64,000 nucleotides of DNA, from positions 13,078,552 through 13,142,551 of the forward strand of contig NC_069002.1 of assembly GCF_001194135.2 (NCBI RefSeq), written 5' to 3'. Position 1 is the stretch's first letter. Every line of letters starts with the position of its first letter. The notes beneath the pieces are model-generated. The model had not been told where the DNA came from. It ran no database searches and saw only the letters and a list, made by a program, of their open reading frames with translations. Positions 49,435 to 62,944 of the stretch are shown here, one piece after another. Position numbers and translations under genes: made by a program. Source of the stretch: Octopus bimaculoides. Its lineage: Eukaryota.

Positions 49435-51460
49435 TGGCAAGTAATTTATTTCGTTCATGCATCCAAAGTAATAGTAATCCAGTCAAATAGCTCTGACGGT
49501 GTGTGTGTGTATGTATGCATATATATATATATATAAACTCAGCATGTACAAAGTACCGATCAAGCATTGCGATCGATTTAGTATTCCTAAAACATTCTAG
49601 ATCTGAGTGGAATTATAATACGTGTAGTCTTTTTTCCTCTCTCTCTCTCTCTCTCTCGTTTGTGCATTGAAACCCGTGTATAAAAATAAAAATTCCTTTC
49701 TGTCTCCTGTTATTATATTAATTACATTCCATTAAAAATAACTGGTGAACCGACGAAATCTATTCTCCCGGTGTGGGGCGTTAGACATGCTAGAAAAAGC
49801 AGCAACCAAGTCGCCCTGAAAGTACACACCCTACTAAGATAGATATATTTGGCAGACAGTGTAGTCTGTTATATTATAATAAAGACAGTGTTCCTGGTTG
49901 GAACGTCTTTGATCATGGATATGTTCGATTTAGAGCTGATTGAAAGAGGTTGGTGGTGGTAGTGAGTATAAAGCTGGAGAAACGTATTCTCTGTTTGATT
50001 TAAAATCAAATGGCACCATCGTATTTAAGAGTCACGAACATAATTGATTTCTTACCTAGACGCAAGGCCCCAAATTTAAAGCAGTGGGGGAACCGCTTAC
50101 AGCTACCCTTATACTTGCTACTTTATAATAATGATTTGTTTCCCACAAGAATCTCAGATGACGGGGACATTAAAAATATAATTTACAGAATTTGTGTTGG
50201 GGCTTACATAAAAGATGAAGGCAAAGAAAGGAAAAAGAGTGAAATGAGATAAACGTATAATAATAATTCTTTGTACTGTAAGCGTAAGACCAGCAGTTTT
50301 GGTGGGGCGGGGGACGGGATTCGATTACATCGATTCCAGTACTTGGCTGATATTTTATTGACCCCGAAAGGATGTCGATCTCGGCGGATTTTGAACTAAG
50401 AACGTAATCGGACGAAATGCCGCTTGGCGTGCTAAATGTTCTGTCAGCTCGCTAACTTAATAACGATAATGGTTTCTAATTTAGCAGTGATTTGGAGGGG
50501 AGGCGAGTTAGATAATACCTTCGACACCGGTGTTTGACCTGTATTTTATTTTATCAATCCCGAAACGATGAAAGGCAAAGTTAATCTTGGAATATAAAGA
50601 ACCGAAACAAATACCGCAAGGCATTTTCCCGATGCTCTGACGATCCTATCAGTACTCAAGTTTCGAGGGGAGTCTGTTAGACTGCCAGTACTAGCCTGGT
50701 ACACTTTATTTTATCGACCTCGGCGGGAAGAAAGGCAAAGTTGGCTTCGGCCGGACTTGAACCCAATCACAGTGCCCCATTGGAATGCATTTTTATTACA
50801 AAAGGTTGTGTGTGGTATATATACAATAGGGTGTGTATGTGTGTGTGGTTACATTCACAATAAACGAGGAAGGAGTCTTTACACCCTTCAAATCAAGGTG
50901 TGTTGCTATCTCAGGGGTACCCCGTTAGTCTTCGAATGGTTAGCTTTTAGGCCGTTTTAAAAAATGTTATAATTAATTATTTTTAAAGTAATTTTATTTC
51001 ATGGTAATTTCTACTTCTATTTTCCTCCTGAAGTCTGTGCTGTTGTGTTTGTGTGTTCGATCTGAGTCGCTTTCTCGGAAGAAGAACCGAGCGAGGCAAT
51101 GTGTTGTTTAATGCAAATCTCACTCCATTATTAGTAGAAGTAGCAGCAGCCGGCACTTAGTGTATAATTCAACATACCAGCCGCTATAATATAAACAAAA
51201 GATTGGTATAATGGTATAATGTCTTCGTGGATGGATGGTGGGGGGGAACCTATTAATTAATAATTATAATTAATTAATGTGTTGTTTGTTCATCTCGTCG
51301 TGTTAGACTGGGAAGGGGGCGAATTGGCAGAATCGTTACACCGTCAGATAGAGAGCTCCAGCTCCGGCTCTCTGCGTTCTGAGTTCAAGTTCCACCAGGC
51401 CTCAGTTTTGTCTTTCATCCGTTTGGGTCCGATACACACAAAGTATTAGCGGTAGAGATG

Positions 51461-51961
51461 GACTATATGTAATCTGAACCTTTCCCCACCTTATTTATTA
51501 ATTTTTTTTTACGGAATCCCACGTTTTAGGCTATGGAGATTCCGATTCTGAAAAAAAAATTTTTGAAAAATTTCAACCCCCCCCCCACCAAGCAGGCTAT
51601 TTACATGCTAGAAATAACAGCCAAATCTCACAAAACTAGTATTAGGGTTAGGTTTAGGNNNNNNNNNNNNNNNNNNNNNNNNNNNNNNNNNNNNNNNNNN
51701 NNNNNNNNNNNNNNNNNNNNNNNNNNNNNNNNNNNNNNNNNNNNNNNNNNNNNNNNNNNNNNNNNNNNNNNNNNNNNNNNNNNNNNNNNNNNNNNNNNNN
51801 NNNNNNNNNNNNNNNNNNNNNGGGGGGGGGGATCGAAATTTTGAAATTGAGATTTTTGAAAAAAATTTTTCAGAATCGGAATCTCCATAGCCTAAAACGT
51901 GGGATTCCGTAAAAAAAAAAACAAAAAACAAGGGGGGAAAGGTTCAGATTACATATAGTCC
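51461..51961. mobile_element. MITE/foldback element with about 130-bp TIRs and TTAGGG-like interior (centre lost in an N gap)
   Basis: ggactatatgtaatctgaacctttcccc ... ggggaaaggttcagattacatatagtcc; inner arms acggaatcccacgttttaggctatggagattccgattctg match in inverted orientation; ttagggttaggtttagg runs into the gap. Confidence 0.8.
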
Positions 51962-53247
51962 ATTTGGACCGTATTTAGCACTGAGGGTCTATTTTGCTTC
52001 TTCTTCTTGTCGTTGTAATGTCTAATCTTGTTACATTGTGTCACGCTAATACAGTCTGAGAATTGCGATAAGGGTACACAGGTCTGCGGAATATTCAGCC
52101 ACTTGCGTGTTGATTTTGAGTGTACTAATCCTGTTAATTGAATGACCTAATGCTCCTCGTCGTGACCGACGGAGAGACCGACACAACTGTAGGCTTACAT
52201 GTGATTACGGAAACCGACATCTGACATACACCGGTGACTGCGGCAGGACCACAACGTGACAGTTGTTAGCGGCGGGACGGGACGAATGCCGTTTAGAGAC
52301 GTTACTCTCCTCATGTCGCCAACAGCCCGCGGACCATTAAAGAGGCTAGAAATAGCAGTCAAATCTCCTGTACCTTTCCGTCTTCAGTGTAGCCTCTGTG
52401 GGTGTGTGTGTAAAAGTTTGACTTAGCTCCACGAGTGCTACTTTCTTCCACTGTTCACTCGCGTGTGTGTGTATGCATGTATGTGTATATGTCTATGTAT
52501 GTATATATGTATGTACAAACAATATATGAGTATATGCATATATATGTACATGTATGTATATACGTTCATCTACATGTACATATAGATACATAACTGAGTA
52601 CATGACATGGCAAAAGAACGAGGACAAAATGGTAAACAAGGTGCAACAAACAAGCAGGCCACATAGAAACATCCCCTTCATCAGCTGCCACCATTAAAAC
52701 TCCGGCGTTTCGAAGAATTAAGGCAGTACACATACATATATGTATGTATGTATATAAATATATGTAATTGCCTTAACGTCCACTTTTTCCTGATAATATG
52801 GGTCGGAGGGAGTTTATTGAGGCAGATTTTCTACGACAGGATGCTCATCCTGTCACCAATCCTTTCCTATTTCCAAGTAAGGTGCTATACCTCCATCGCC
52901 AGACAGGTTTTCGCAAAGATAGTAAATGACTGATATTCATTTACAACAATCATGCGATGTCAAGACAAGGAGACACGAACACACACACACACACACATAC
53001 ACACACACACGTCAAACGATGGCGATGTTGTCCTGCCCATGCCAGCATAGAAAACGGACATTAAATGATGATGATTATATACGATGGGATTCTTTCAGTT
53101 TTCGCCTGCCAAATCCATGCACAAGGCATTTGTTGGCCTGGGGCTATAGTAGAAGACATTTGCCCAAGGTGTTGTTATGCAGTGGGACTGAACCTGAAAC
53201 CATGTGGTTGAGAAGCAAGTTGCTTCCCACACAGCCACGCCTTTATA

Positions 53248-53308
<61 letters not shown>

Positions 53309-53449
53309 TTCACACATGCACACACACACACATGATGTAAAGGAATAGAGCCATTCTAAGTTCAAATGACGCTAGAACTATAGTCATATCGTATTTCAAT
53401 GCAAACTTTGCTGTCACGTACCCTGAGATATGATCCCTCATGTAGAATA

Positions 53450-54697
53450 TACAGGGTGTTTCAAAAAATTTAATATCATTTGAGATGTAAATATCACAGA
53501 AACTACATGGTCAAAGCAAATGAAACTAAACAGGCTTAATGTTGAGCAGCATAAGATTTATTCCTCCAAATTTAAATGAGAAATTCAAAGGTATGTGGAT
53601 TCCATGAATGATTTCACAAATGTTCAGTATGCGCACTGCCTGAGACATGGCACACGTCAGCTTGGTAGTCCAGCTCCTCCCAAACAAGATGCAACATGTC
53701 TTGGGTAACAGTCTCCAGTGCAGTAGGGATTTTCTGCTTGAGTTCCTCTAGGTTTGCAGGAAGAGGGAGGACATAGACCAGGTCCTTCACATAGCCCCAT
53801 GTTTGCACTTGTCATCTGCAGTTATGGCCTGAACGAGCTGCAGCCTGTAGGGTTTCATTAGCAAGTGTTTCCTCAGGACGTGCCAAACTGTTGTTGGAGG
53901 AATCTAGGTTTCCAGACTTGTTCTTCTTATGGACTTCTTGGGGCTTCGCATGAGTTTTTGGTGAACCCGCTTGACCGTCTCTTCCGATGTTAGTGGCCAT
54001 CCAGATCCTTTTGCCCTGCACAGACAACCTTCCTCTTTGAATTTTTTGCGCCATGTCCAAATCTGCATTGTCGTTGATGACTTTTTAGAGAACTCTCTCA
54101 TGCACACTGCACAGTCCTGTTCAACTGTGTTCGAGCATACTGCAACACACAAAACACCTTTTCTCTTCCAGTAAATGTCATTTCTATACCTGAAAAGATA
54201 AACATAACAAACATCATCATCATCATCATCGGTTAACATCCGTTTTCCATGCTAGCATGGGTTGGACGATTTGACTGAGGACTGGTGGACCAGATGGTTA
54301 TACCAAGCTCCAATCTGATTTGGCAGAGTTTCTACAGCTGGATGCCCTTCCTAATGCCAACCACTCCGAGAGTGTAGTGGGTGCTTTTATGTGCCACTGG
54401 CATGAAGGCCAGTCAGACGGTACTGGCAACGGCCACGCTCAAAATGGTGTATTTTACGTGCCACCTGCACAGGAACCAGTCCAGCAGCACTGGCAACGAC
54501 CTCATTCGAATGTCTTTACACATGCCATCGGCACAAGTGCTAGGAAGGTGATGCTGGTAACGATCACTCTGGTGAACATTAAACATAAAATTTTGACCTG
54601 TTTCAACACCTGCTGTTAAAGTTTGAAGTCATTTGAACAAGAACAGGCAAAGTTATTAGATTGCGAAATGATATCGAATTTTTTGAACCACTCTGTA
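53450..54697 (-). mobile_element. Internally deleted Tc1/mariner-superfamily (DUF4817-type) DNA transposon, interrupted by an RTE-3'-type repeat at about 54212-54575
   Basis: TIRs tacagggtgtttcaaaaaatttaatatcattt / aaatgatatcgaattttttgaaccactctgta; N-terminal HTH-like WRKKFKEEGCLCRAKGSG..RSPKKSIRR joined to C-terminal WGYVKDLVY..LEELK..VWEELDY..VCHVSGSAH.EHL; DDE core missing. Confidence 0.85.
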
Positions 54698-55731
54698 CCT
54701 TAAGAGAGATTATCTAATACTCGAATCCTTGGTTTGGTTCATCCACCCGCAAGGGTAGAATCTGAAACAAAGCTGCATAGGAATGTCTATCTTGGATGAA
54801 TGTGTACAGCAAATGAACCAACTAAATGTATGTAAATGCTGCATCGAAGGACACTAGGATACCTATCCAGCAGAAACCTGTGTCGGATTGGAATTTCATG
54901 AGAATAATACTGTAATAAATAATTCTTGCAGATGTATAATCTTCCATTCTTCTGTGATAGTTATGGCTGGTGGACCTTTAACTATAGATCTGCTTTGTTA
55001 ACTACCTTTCTGGTCAAAATGCACAAAGAACCTCTTTCCATTGCAATTTCTTCAAATGTCTTAGGATTATCCACTTGGAGTTTGTTTAAAGGACTTCTTT
55101 AGGATGATCCTGTTTGTGACTCAGTAAATCGTTATGGGAAATATGGGCACCTGCTTGATCCACATGAAGCGTATGTTGTTGATTCACTAATTTCAAAACT
55201 ATGCCTTGTGGGTTGTTTTTGCTGGTGGAGCAGGTTCTGTGTTAACCCTTTAGCATTCAGATTACTCAGTCAAATGTAATAATTATTTATTTACATCATC
55301 ATCATCGTTTAACGTCCGCTTTCCATGCTAGCATGGATTGGACGATTTGACTGAGGGCTGGTGAAACCAGATGGCTACACCAGGCTCCAATCTGATTTGG
55401 CAGAGTTTCTACCAAATCAGATTGGAGCCTGGTGTAAAATTAATAAAGCATAATCTTGTAGCTTCAATGATGTGACTGTTTGTGTTTAGGTAGATGTGAG
55501 AGGTTTGTGTTGCAGGGTAGGTGTGAAAGGCCAAATCTGGCCAGTTTGAGCATAAAACAGGTAGAATATTTGGGCTGGGTATGGCTGGTTTAAATGCTAA
55601 AGGGTTACCTCTTAGTTGTTGGGTTATCTTTGTAAATGAACAACACAGAACTGTGTATAGGAAATGTTTCAGATGTTTTTGTAATGCAGAGTTCACGATT
55701 GAATCCTGCAGATTCTTATACCGAGTGAGGT

Positions 55732-55769
<38 letters not shown>

Positions 55770-57889
55770 GCTCTTATCCTGTGAGAATTGAAAATGTGGC
55801 CAACAAATTGCCGTCATCATCATCATTCAGTATCTGTTTTCCTTGTTGGCATGGGATGCTGGTGAGTAACAGGGCTACTCCAAGCTCTGTTTGGGTTTCA
55901 ATGGCTGGCTGCCTCTCCTAATACCAGTGTGGCTTAGTGGTTAGGGTGTTGGACTCCTGATCGTAAGATTGTGGTTTCGATTCCTGGTCCAGGCAATATG
56001 TTGTGTTCTTGAGCAAAATGCTTCATTTCACACTGCTCCAATCCACTCAGCTGCCAAAAATGAGTAATCCTGTGAAAGACTGGCGTCCTGTCCAGGTGGG
56101 GAATATATACGCCATGAAATCAGGAAACCAGCCTTTATGAGTCAGTATGACTTGAGAAGGTAAATTTACCTTTTTTTTTTACCTTCCTTATACTCACCCC
56201 TTTACAGAGTGTACTGGGTGTTTTTTACATGACACTAGTCCCGGTGAGATCACTAAGTAAGGTTGCAAGATAAGACCTTTTCAACTGAGGGGGATGTATT
56301 AAGGGCGGTTGCTTTATGCCAGGTAATTAAAAATAAAATAATGTCAAATATTTTTTCACCTTCCTTTCATTCATTTCCAAGTATTTTTTTCCAATTTCCA
56401 AGAAATCACAAAACTTCCTGCTTTGTACATACTTCTATCTCTCGCACTTAAACAGGCACATGCAGTTCACGCCCCCACACTTCCATAAAACTTTTCACAC
56501 TGTACATATAGTACCTGTCTTATTTTCTCTCTTCCCATATTCTTTATTACTTTGCCTCTTCTCACTCAGTCTCTCTGTTTTCAATCCCCATTTTCTCTCT
56601 CTCTCTCTTTTCACTCTTCCTCTCTCTCAAAAGTCAGAGAAAGTAAATATACAAATACCTATTGGTGGATTGTCTTACTGGGTGATTTTTCTTTCTTTTT
56701 GTTTGTCCAGTATCAATGTGTTTCATTGAGTTCTCTGTCCTTGTCACATCTCATCTAATTGATAGCTTCACTAATAAAACGAAAGGAGAAATCCAACGGG
56801 GTGGGGGGTGGGTCTACACAAATCTCACTTTTAGCACCCTACCGTCTTAAAAACAAATGGAAGCTCATACAAAAATACACTTGACACTATCATCATTTAA
56901 CATCTGTTTCCCATGCTGGTATGGGTTGGATGGTTCAAGAGGAAGCTGGCAAGTCAAAGGATTGCACTCCAATATCTGCTTTGGCATGGTTTCTATGGCT
57001 GGATGCCTTTTCTAATGTCAACTGCTTTACAGAATGTACTGGATGCTTTTTTACGTGGCACCAACACCAGTGAGGTTACCAGGTAAATTGCAAAACAAAA
57101 CCCCCTCAAATGAGATGGGGATGTTAGGAAGGGCAAGCAACCATAGAAATCATGCTAAAGCAGAGATAGTTTGACATGGATCTGATGAATACGAAGACTG
57201 CATTGTGCTCCAGTGTCTGCTTTGGCATGGTTTCTACAGTTTGATGCCCTTCATACCGGCAACTACTTTACAGCATGTACTGTGAGTTTTTTTTTTTTTG
57301 TGCCACCAGCACTAGTGTAGTCACTATGTAACTTTCAATACTAAGATCTTTGACTGAGTGGGACTACAGTAGAGAGGGAGGCAGTTTTATGTTGAGATGA
57401 GGTGTTCATGTTATGGCTGAATGCTATGAGATAAGGTTTATATATTAATATATATATATAATGTTGGTATGTTATTTAATGTTGCTGTAAATATAAATCT
57501 GATCTTTTCTCACATTTTATGGTTTAAGTAATGGAAGAAAAACCTGAATTCAGTGAAAACAACAGATTGTTCCAGACGCTGTGATCCTAATAAAACTTGT
57601 TAGGTAATGAACGACAACAGAATTACCATTGTTGTCTCTTACCTCTCTCTGTCTCCCACTTCATATTTATATCACATTCTCTGTTTCTGTCTCCACCACC
57701 ATTTCAGAGAGGGAACAAGAGGAAGAGGTATTTCTGTTACTATATTTCAAATTTCCATCTTTCTCCATCTGTTTCTTGCGAAACAGTAGGGTGTAGTTTA
57801 TTATTATTATTTTTTTTTTTTTGTTTCACCAAATTTAATGTATAATAAGCATTTCAATTTAGGGGTGGAAACTATCTGAAACCTTAGAG

Positions 57890-57992
57890 CAATGGTTCCC
57901 AACCTGTGGTCCGCAAAGGTAGTACTGGGGTCCGTGGGAAAACACATTTAAATAAAAGGGATCTTTGGTAGTGAAAAGATTAGGAACCACTG
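57890..57992. mobile_element. hAT (Charlie-like) MITE, 103 bp
   Basis: caatggttcccaacc ... gattaggaaccactg; 8-bp TSD ccttagag/tcttagag. Confidence 0.8.
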
Positions 57993-58014
57993 TCTTAGAG
58001 CATACCTTATATAA

Positions 58015-58133
58015 CAGCCACGGGCGGCCCTTTTGCGAGAAGCGGGCCACGAGACATGGTTCATCATCAGGCGGTAATCTTTTATTGGCGATTCATTCAG
58101 AAAGTCCCGCGGGCCGCAGTTTGTTCACGAGTG
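58015..58133. mobile_element. Second hAT-like MITE, 119 bp
   Basis: Right end cgcgggccgcagtttgttcacgagtg; flanks ttatataa/gtatataa as probable 8-bp TSD; left TIR degenerate. Confidence 0.6.
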
Positions 58134-59591
58134 GTATATAACAATTTCAAAAGCAGTAGATAATCTATTGTAATCCAATAAATCATGTTATAGATTCTAT
58201 TTTATATAAAATATACCGATATGTAATAAAAAAAAATGCTTTATTACGTTTTTTTTTCTCTCTAAATAAAAGTGGGTGGGGGAAAACTTTGCAGTCTAAT
58301 TAATTGCACTCCTAGTTTTAATATTGATTTTGATGAATATATAAAAAAAAAAAGCATTTGTTCTATACATGTTTTATTACAGCGTGTATAATTGTGTGCA
58401 CTTGTGTATAATGCACACACACACACACACATGCATTTATGCTGAATTCCAGCTGAATTTGTTTGAGATCCTTGTTTTGACATAAAGCTAAATATCCCAT
58501 ACTGCTTGTACACAACATATTTATAGATATATATACATGACACACATCTCTCTCTAGATTTCTCTCTGTGTCTGTCTATCTCTCTCTCTCTCTCCAGTAA
58601 AGGTGTACTGAGCTTGAATGTTTATATATGGTAGTTTGTGATTGCGTTTACACGTGTGCGTATTCATTACAAACGTCTAAAATTATATATAACCCTTCTT
58701 ATTTCAGTCATCGGATTGTGACCCTTGTGTGTGTGTATGTTTGTATATACGTATGTATACGTGTTTACATGTGTGTAGTTTAGTGTAAGAGATACCGCTA
58801 AACTCCTAAAGTGTCTTATGTAACAGAAAACTTAATTGCACTGTAGTACTGTGAACTATTGTTAGTGCACTGTTGTCGAGGCTGAAAACAAAACTGACAT
58901 CTTTCCCATCGTCTGTTTAATAATTTACTTATTCTCTGCTAATATTTCTTCCTGTCCTTCCTTCTCTGTCTACATATATTTCAGCGCTCTGTCATGTGAA
59001 TCGATCCTCTCTGTTATTCTAGTGTGTGTGTGTGTGTAACTGCGTACGTTCGTGGTACCTTACCTGCACATGTTTATTTCTAAATCTCTTCTGAAACACA
59101 CGTGTAGACAAACGGGAGGGGAGCACACGGTTCCAGCCTCAACGAATAGATTTGTCTTGTGTGATGATGTGCTCCCGGGTAAATCAGTGCACTGGGTCTT
59201 ATAGTTTTTATTTATTGATTGCAAAGCCACCTCATACATAGATCAGGATCGGGTCCCCAGACCCGTGAGGCCCTCGCACAACTACTTAGTCTGCTCACGC
59301 CCCTCTCTCATACACACACTAATGAATAATTGTATGCGTGATTGTCTATCGTCCGGCTGATGCTTTGCTGCCGTGAGGGTGTGAATTATCTAACAATTAC
59401 CTTAGTCAGGGTGTTTAAGAGACCGATTATACGCACAAATGAGGACTCGGTAGAAATGAATGAATATAGAGCAGAACATTTATTTTTATTTAGATACAAA
59501 ACTCCCTATGATTTTCTACAAAGATTAATCACGAGACTTTTACCGACATAATTTAGAAACCTTTGTGCAATGGTCGAATGCTGTTTATGTA

Positions 59592-59631
<40 letters not shown>

Positions 59632-60135
59632 CTCACTCACCCTCTCTCACACACTGAATGTGAAGACAAAACGTGATCAATAGATTTTTTTGCAAAACAC
59701 TAGTCTCTTTGGATCCTACTATTCTACAATAATATTTACCTCTCGCTGTATATCTTTCTCTCGTATTGTTGTTTCTAATTCTCTCCCACCTTATTCTAAT
59801 GTTTATTCCCGAAGCGGCCCAGCATTATTGCAGTCGTAAAACAAATAGAGTAAATACAATGAAAATGCAGTGCAAACTCAAATAAATTTGACTTCACTCA
59901 AACAATGCTCCGAATGTGAATGCTTTTTTATTTTTTTTATTTTTGATATTAAATGTAATGGCTGAGGTGCTGAACACGCACCCCCACCTCTATTTGTGTG
60001 TGTGTGAATCCGGAAAAATAGGCACTAATCATGGATCTTTACCTCACCTGAAAAGATGTAACATGCTTACGGGAATCGTACCTTGTATTTGCTATGAATT
60101 AGTATAACCCTGTTAAACATATGTAATGTGTATGC

Positions 60136-60171
<36 letters not shown>

Positions 60172-60334
60172 ATATATATATAGAGATAACAATCCTTCGG
60201 TATTGGTAGACGGCATCAATCACCCACACAATCTACCCTCGCATACAAAGAGGCTAGGCTGAAAAAGGGGATGAACGACATCTCCTCATATTGACACCCT
60301 GTATACCAATACCGTTGTTATATATATATATATA

Positions 60335-60365
<31 letters not shown>

Positions 60366-60568
60366 NNNNNNNNNNNNNNNNNNNNNNNNNNNNNNNNNNN
60401 NNNNNNNNNNNNNNNNNNNNNNNNNNNNNNNNNNNNNNNNNNNNNNNNNNNNNNNNNNNNNNNNNNNNNNNNNNNNNNNNNNNNNNNNNNNNNNNNNNNN
60501 NNNNNNNNNNNNNNNNNNNNNNNNNNNNNNNNNNNNNNNNNNNNNNNNNNNNNNNNNNNNNNNNNNNN

Positions 60569-60608
<40 letters not shown>

Positions 60609-60703
60609 AGGTTTTGCAAACTTTGAGAGACAGGAAAATAATTTCATTGTTAACTGTAGAACTTGAAGCAAATAAAATTACATTACAAATAGTGGCATGG
60701 AGA

Positions 60704-61205
60704 TACAAGGTGGGATCAAAATGTTCCCGGACTAGTCATGTTTAATAAAAGAAATAACTTATTTAGCTAAGTTTTAACATCACCTCCTTCGAAATAGTCA
60801 CCTTGCACACCAATACACCCCGGTCTCGGTGTTCCTGCCACTTTTGGAATCCGGCCTTGAAGCCATTTTCTGTTAGCAAGTTGAGGACCTTGTGCAATTC
60901 GCCCTTGATCTCAACAATGGTGTTAAAACAGCAACCTTTGAGCTACCTTTTCATCTTTAGGAAGAGATGGAAGTCTGCAGGTACTAAATCTGGTGGATAG
61001 GGCAGGTGTGGAAGTGATACCGTGTTGCTTTTGGCAAGAAACTCACAGGTGTGGAGAAGTTGGTGACAGGTGCATTGTTGTTGTGAAGAATCCAGTTCTT
61101 TGTGCTCCACAGATCTGGTTGCTTTTGTTGAATGTTCTCCCTCAAATGCTTTAAAACATTGCAGTAGAACTCATGATCAACAGACTGGCGCTGGGCGATA
61201 AATTC
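60704..61205 (-). mobile_element. Degraded mariner transposase C-terminus plus TIR
   Basis: TIR-like tacaaggtgggatcaaaatgttcccggact; minus-strand FKAGFQKWQEHRDR and VQGDYFEG, the mariner C-terminal motif. Confidence 0.75.
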
Positions 61206-61597
61206 TCATGATGATAATGATGTCCCAATCCCTCGCTTTTGTCTTCTTGGACTCACCCACAGAGCTGTAGGACAGTGCAGATAGATTACCTGCTACCATG
61301 GCCAAGGAACCTTGTCTACCCCGTCCTAGGCAGATGTTATAGCTAAAACTAGAGGCCCATTATTCTCAGTGTGGCATTGCACCATACTTGTCCATCATGT
61401 CCAGCTTTTGTGTGTGTCCTGCTGTCATTGCTAGATTAGAATCACTGGTTCCACACTGGGGTCATCTAGCCTTCTGACCTCTTAGCAACTGTCTTCAATA
61501 CTGTGATCTGGTGAAGGTGATGGCTTTGACTATGGAGTAGGTTGTACTGGATTACATGTTAGTCACTAGCACTCATTATAATAGCATTTAAAGCAAC

Positions 61598-61629
<32 letters not shown>

Positions 61630-61630
61630 T

Positions 61631-61667
<37 letters not shown>

Positions 61668-62411
61668 CGCGCACATACTGTCTTTCATTCATTCATAAAC
61701 ACACACACATACACACATTCTCTTCTCTTCTCTCTCTCTCTCATTCATTCATAAACACACACACTATCTCTCTCATATATACAGCATATATTTTCACAAC
61801 TCCTCTCTCACACATACATTGTCTGTTTCTCTCATATGTTTCTTTCTCCTCCTCTTTCTCTATTACTCCCTCCCTCTCAGTAAAGCCAACAAAGATGAAT
61901 TATTGCTGTTGAGATATGCTGCACTGTTTGACCCTCAGAGATATATTATAATAGAGATGATTTTTGTGTGTGTATCTATATGTATGTATATGTATATGCA
62001 TGTGTGTATATGTATATATATATATATATATATATAAACGAGCATATGCTTGAAATGTCAAAACCCATTTTTCCTGAGATTCAAACTAAATACTTTGTGG
62101 CTGCACCTTTCTTTGTTGTTCCTTCACCTGTCTCTGCTTTTTTATTTTTTGTTTCTTTGTACAATTTTGAGCCATATGTATATAATTATCATCATTGTTT
62201 TAATGTCCACTTTTCCATGCTTGCATAAGTTGTGCATGTTTCTGTGTGTGTATCATAGTGGTGACTAAAATGATTGCTAACAGGAAGGGCATCTGGTCAT
62301 AAAGCGCAGTCTCAGATAACCTTTTTCAACCCGTGACTACTTGGGAAACAAGTGGCAAATTATGATCGTATATATATGTGTGTATACATATATATATATA
62401 TATATAAAAAA

Positions 62412-62445
<34 letters not shown>

Positions 62446-62690
62446 CCCACCTGCATGTATACACACACACACACATGTGTATGTGTGTGTGCATGTGGCT
62501 GTGTAGTAAGAAGTTTGCTTCAAAACTGTATGGTTCCAGGTTCAGTCCCACTGCATGGCACGTTGGGCAAGTGTCTTCTCTAGCCTTGGGCCAACCAAAG
62601 CCTTTATGAATGGATTTGGTAGGTAGAAACTAAAAAAGCCCGTTTTGTATGTATGTATATTTAGAAATAATACATTTCTAAATCTCTCAG

Positions 62691-62721
<31 letters not shown>

Positions 62722-62912
62722 GATTGACCGTTGACTGAACACTATTCAATTTTTTTTCTCCGTGTTTTTCTCCTTGTCTCCGTATTCTTTCTGTTGAAGA
62801 GCGTAGCTCGAAACGTCAAAGACTTTCCGTATTCCCGAGCGTCATACTAATATATACTTTTGTTATTTACACCACCTGTCCTCGTCTGTTGTTATTATTT
62901 GTATATTCTCCC

Positions 62913-62944
<32 letters not shown>

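Noticed and set aside
54720-55200. Possible Helitron-like peptide (PKTFEEIAMERGSL) on the minus strand
   Set aside because: Single weak motif with multiple stops
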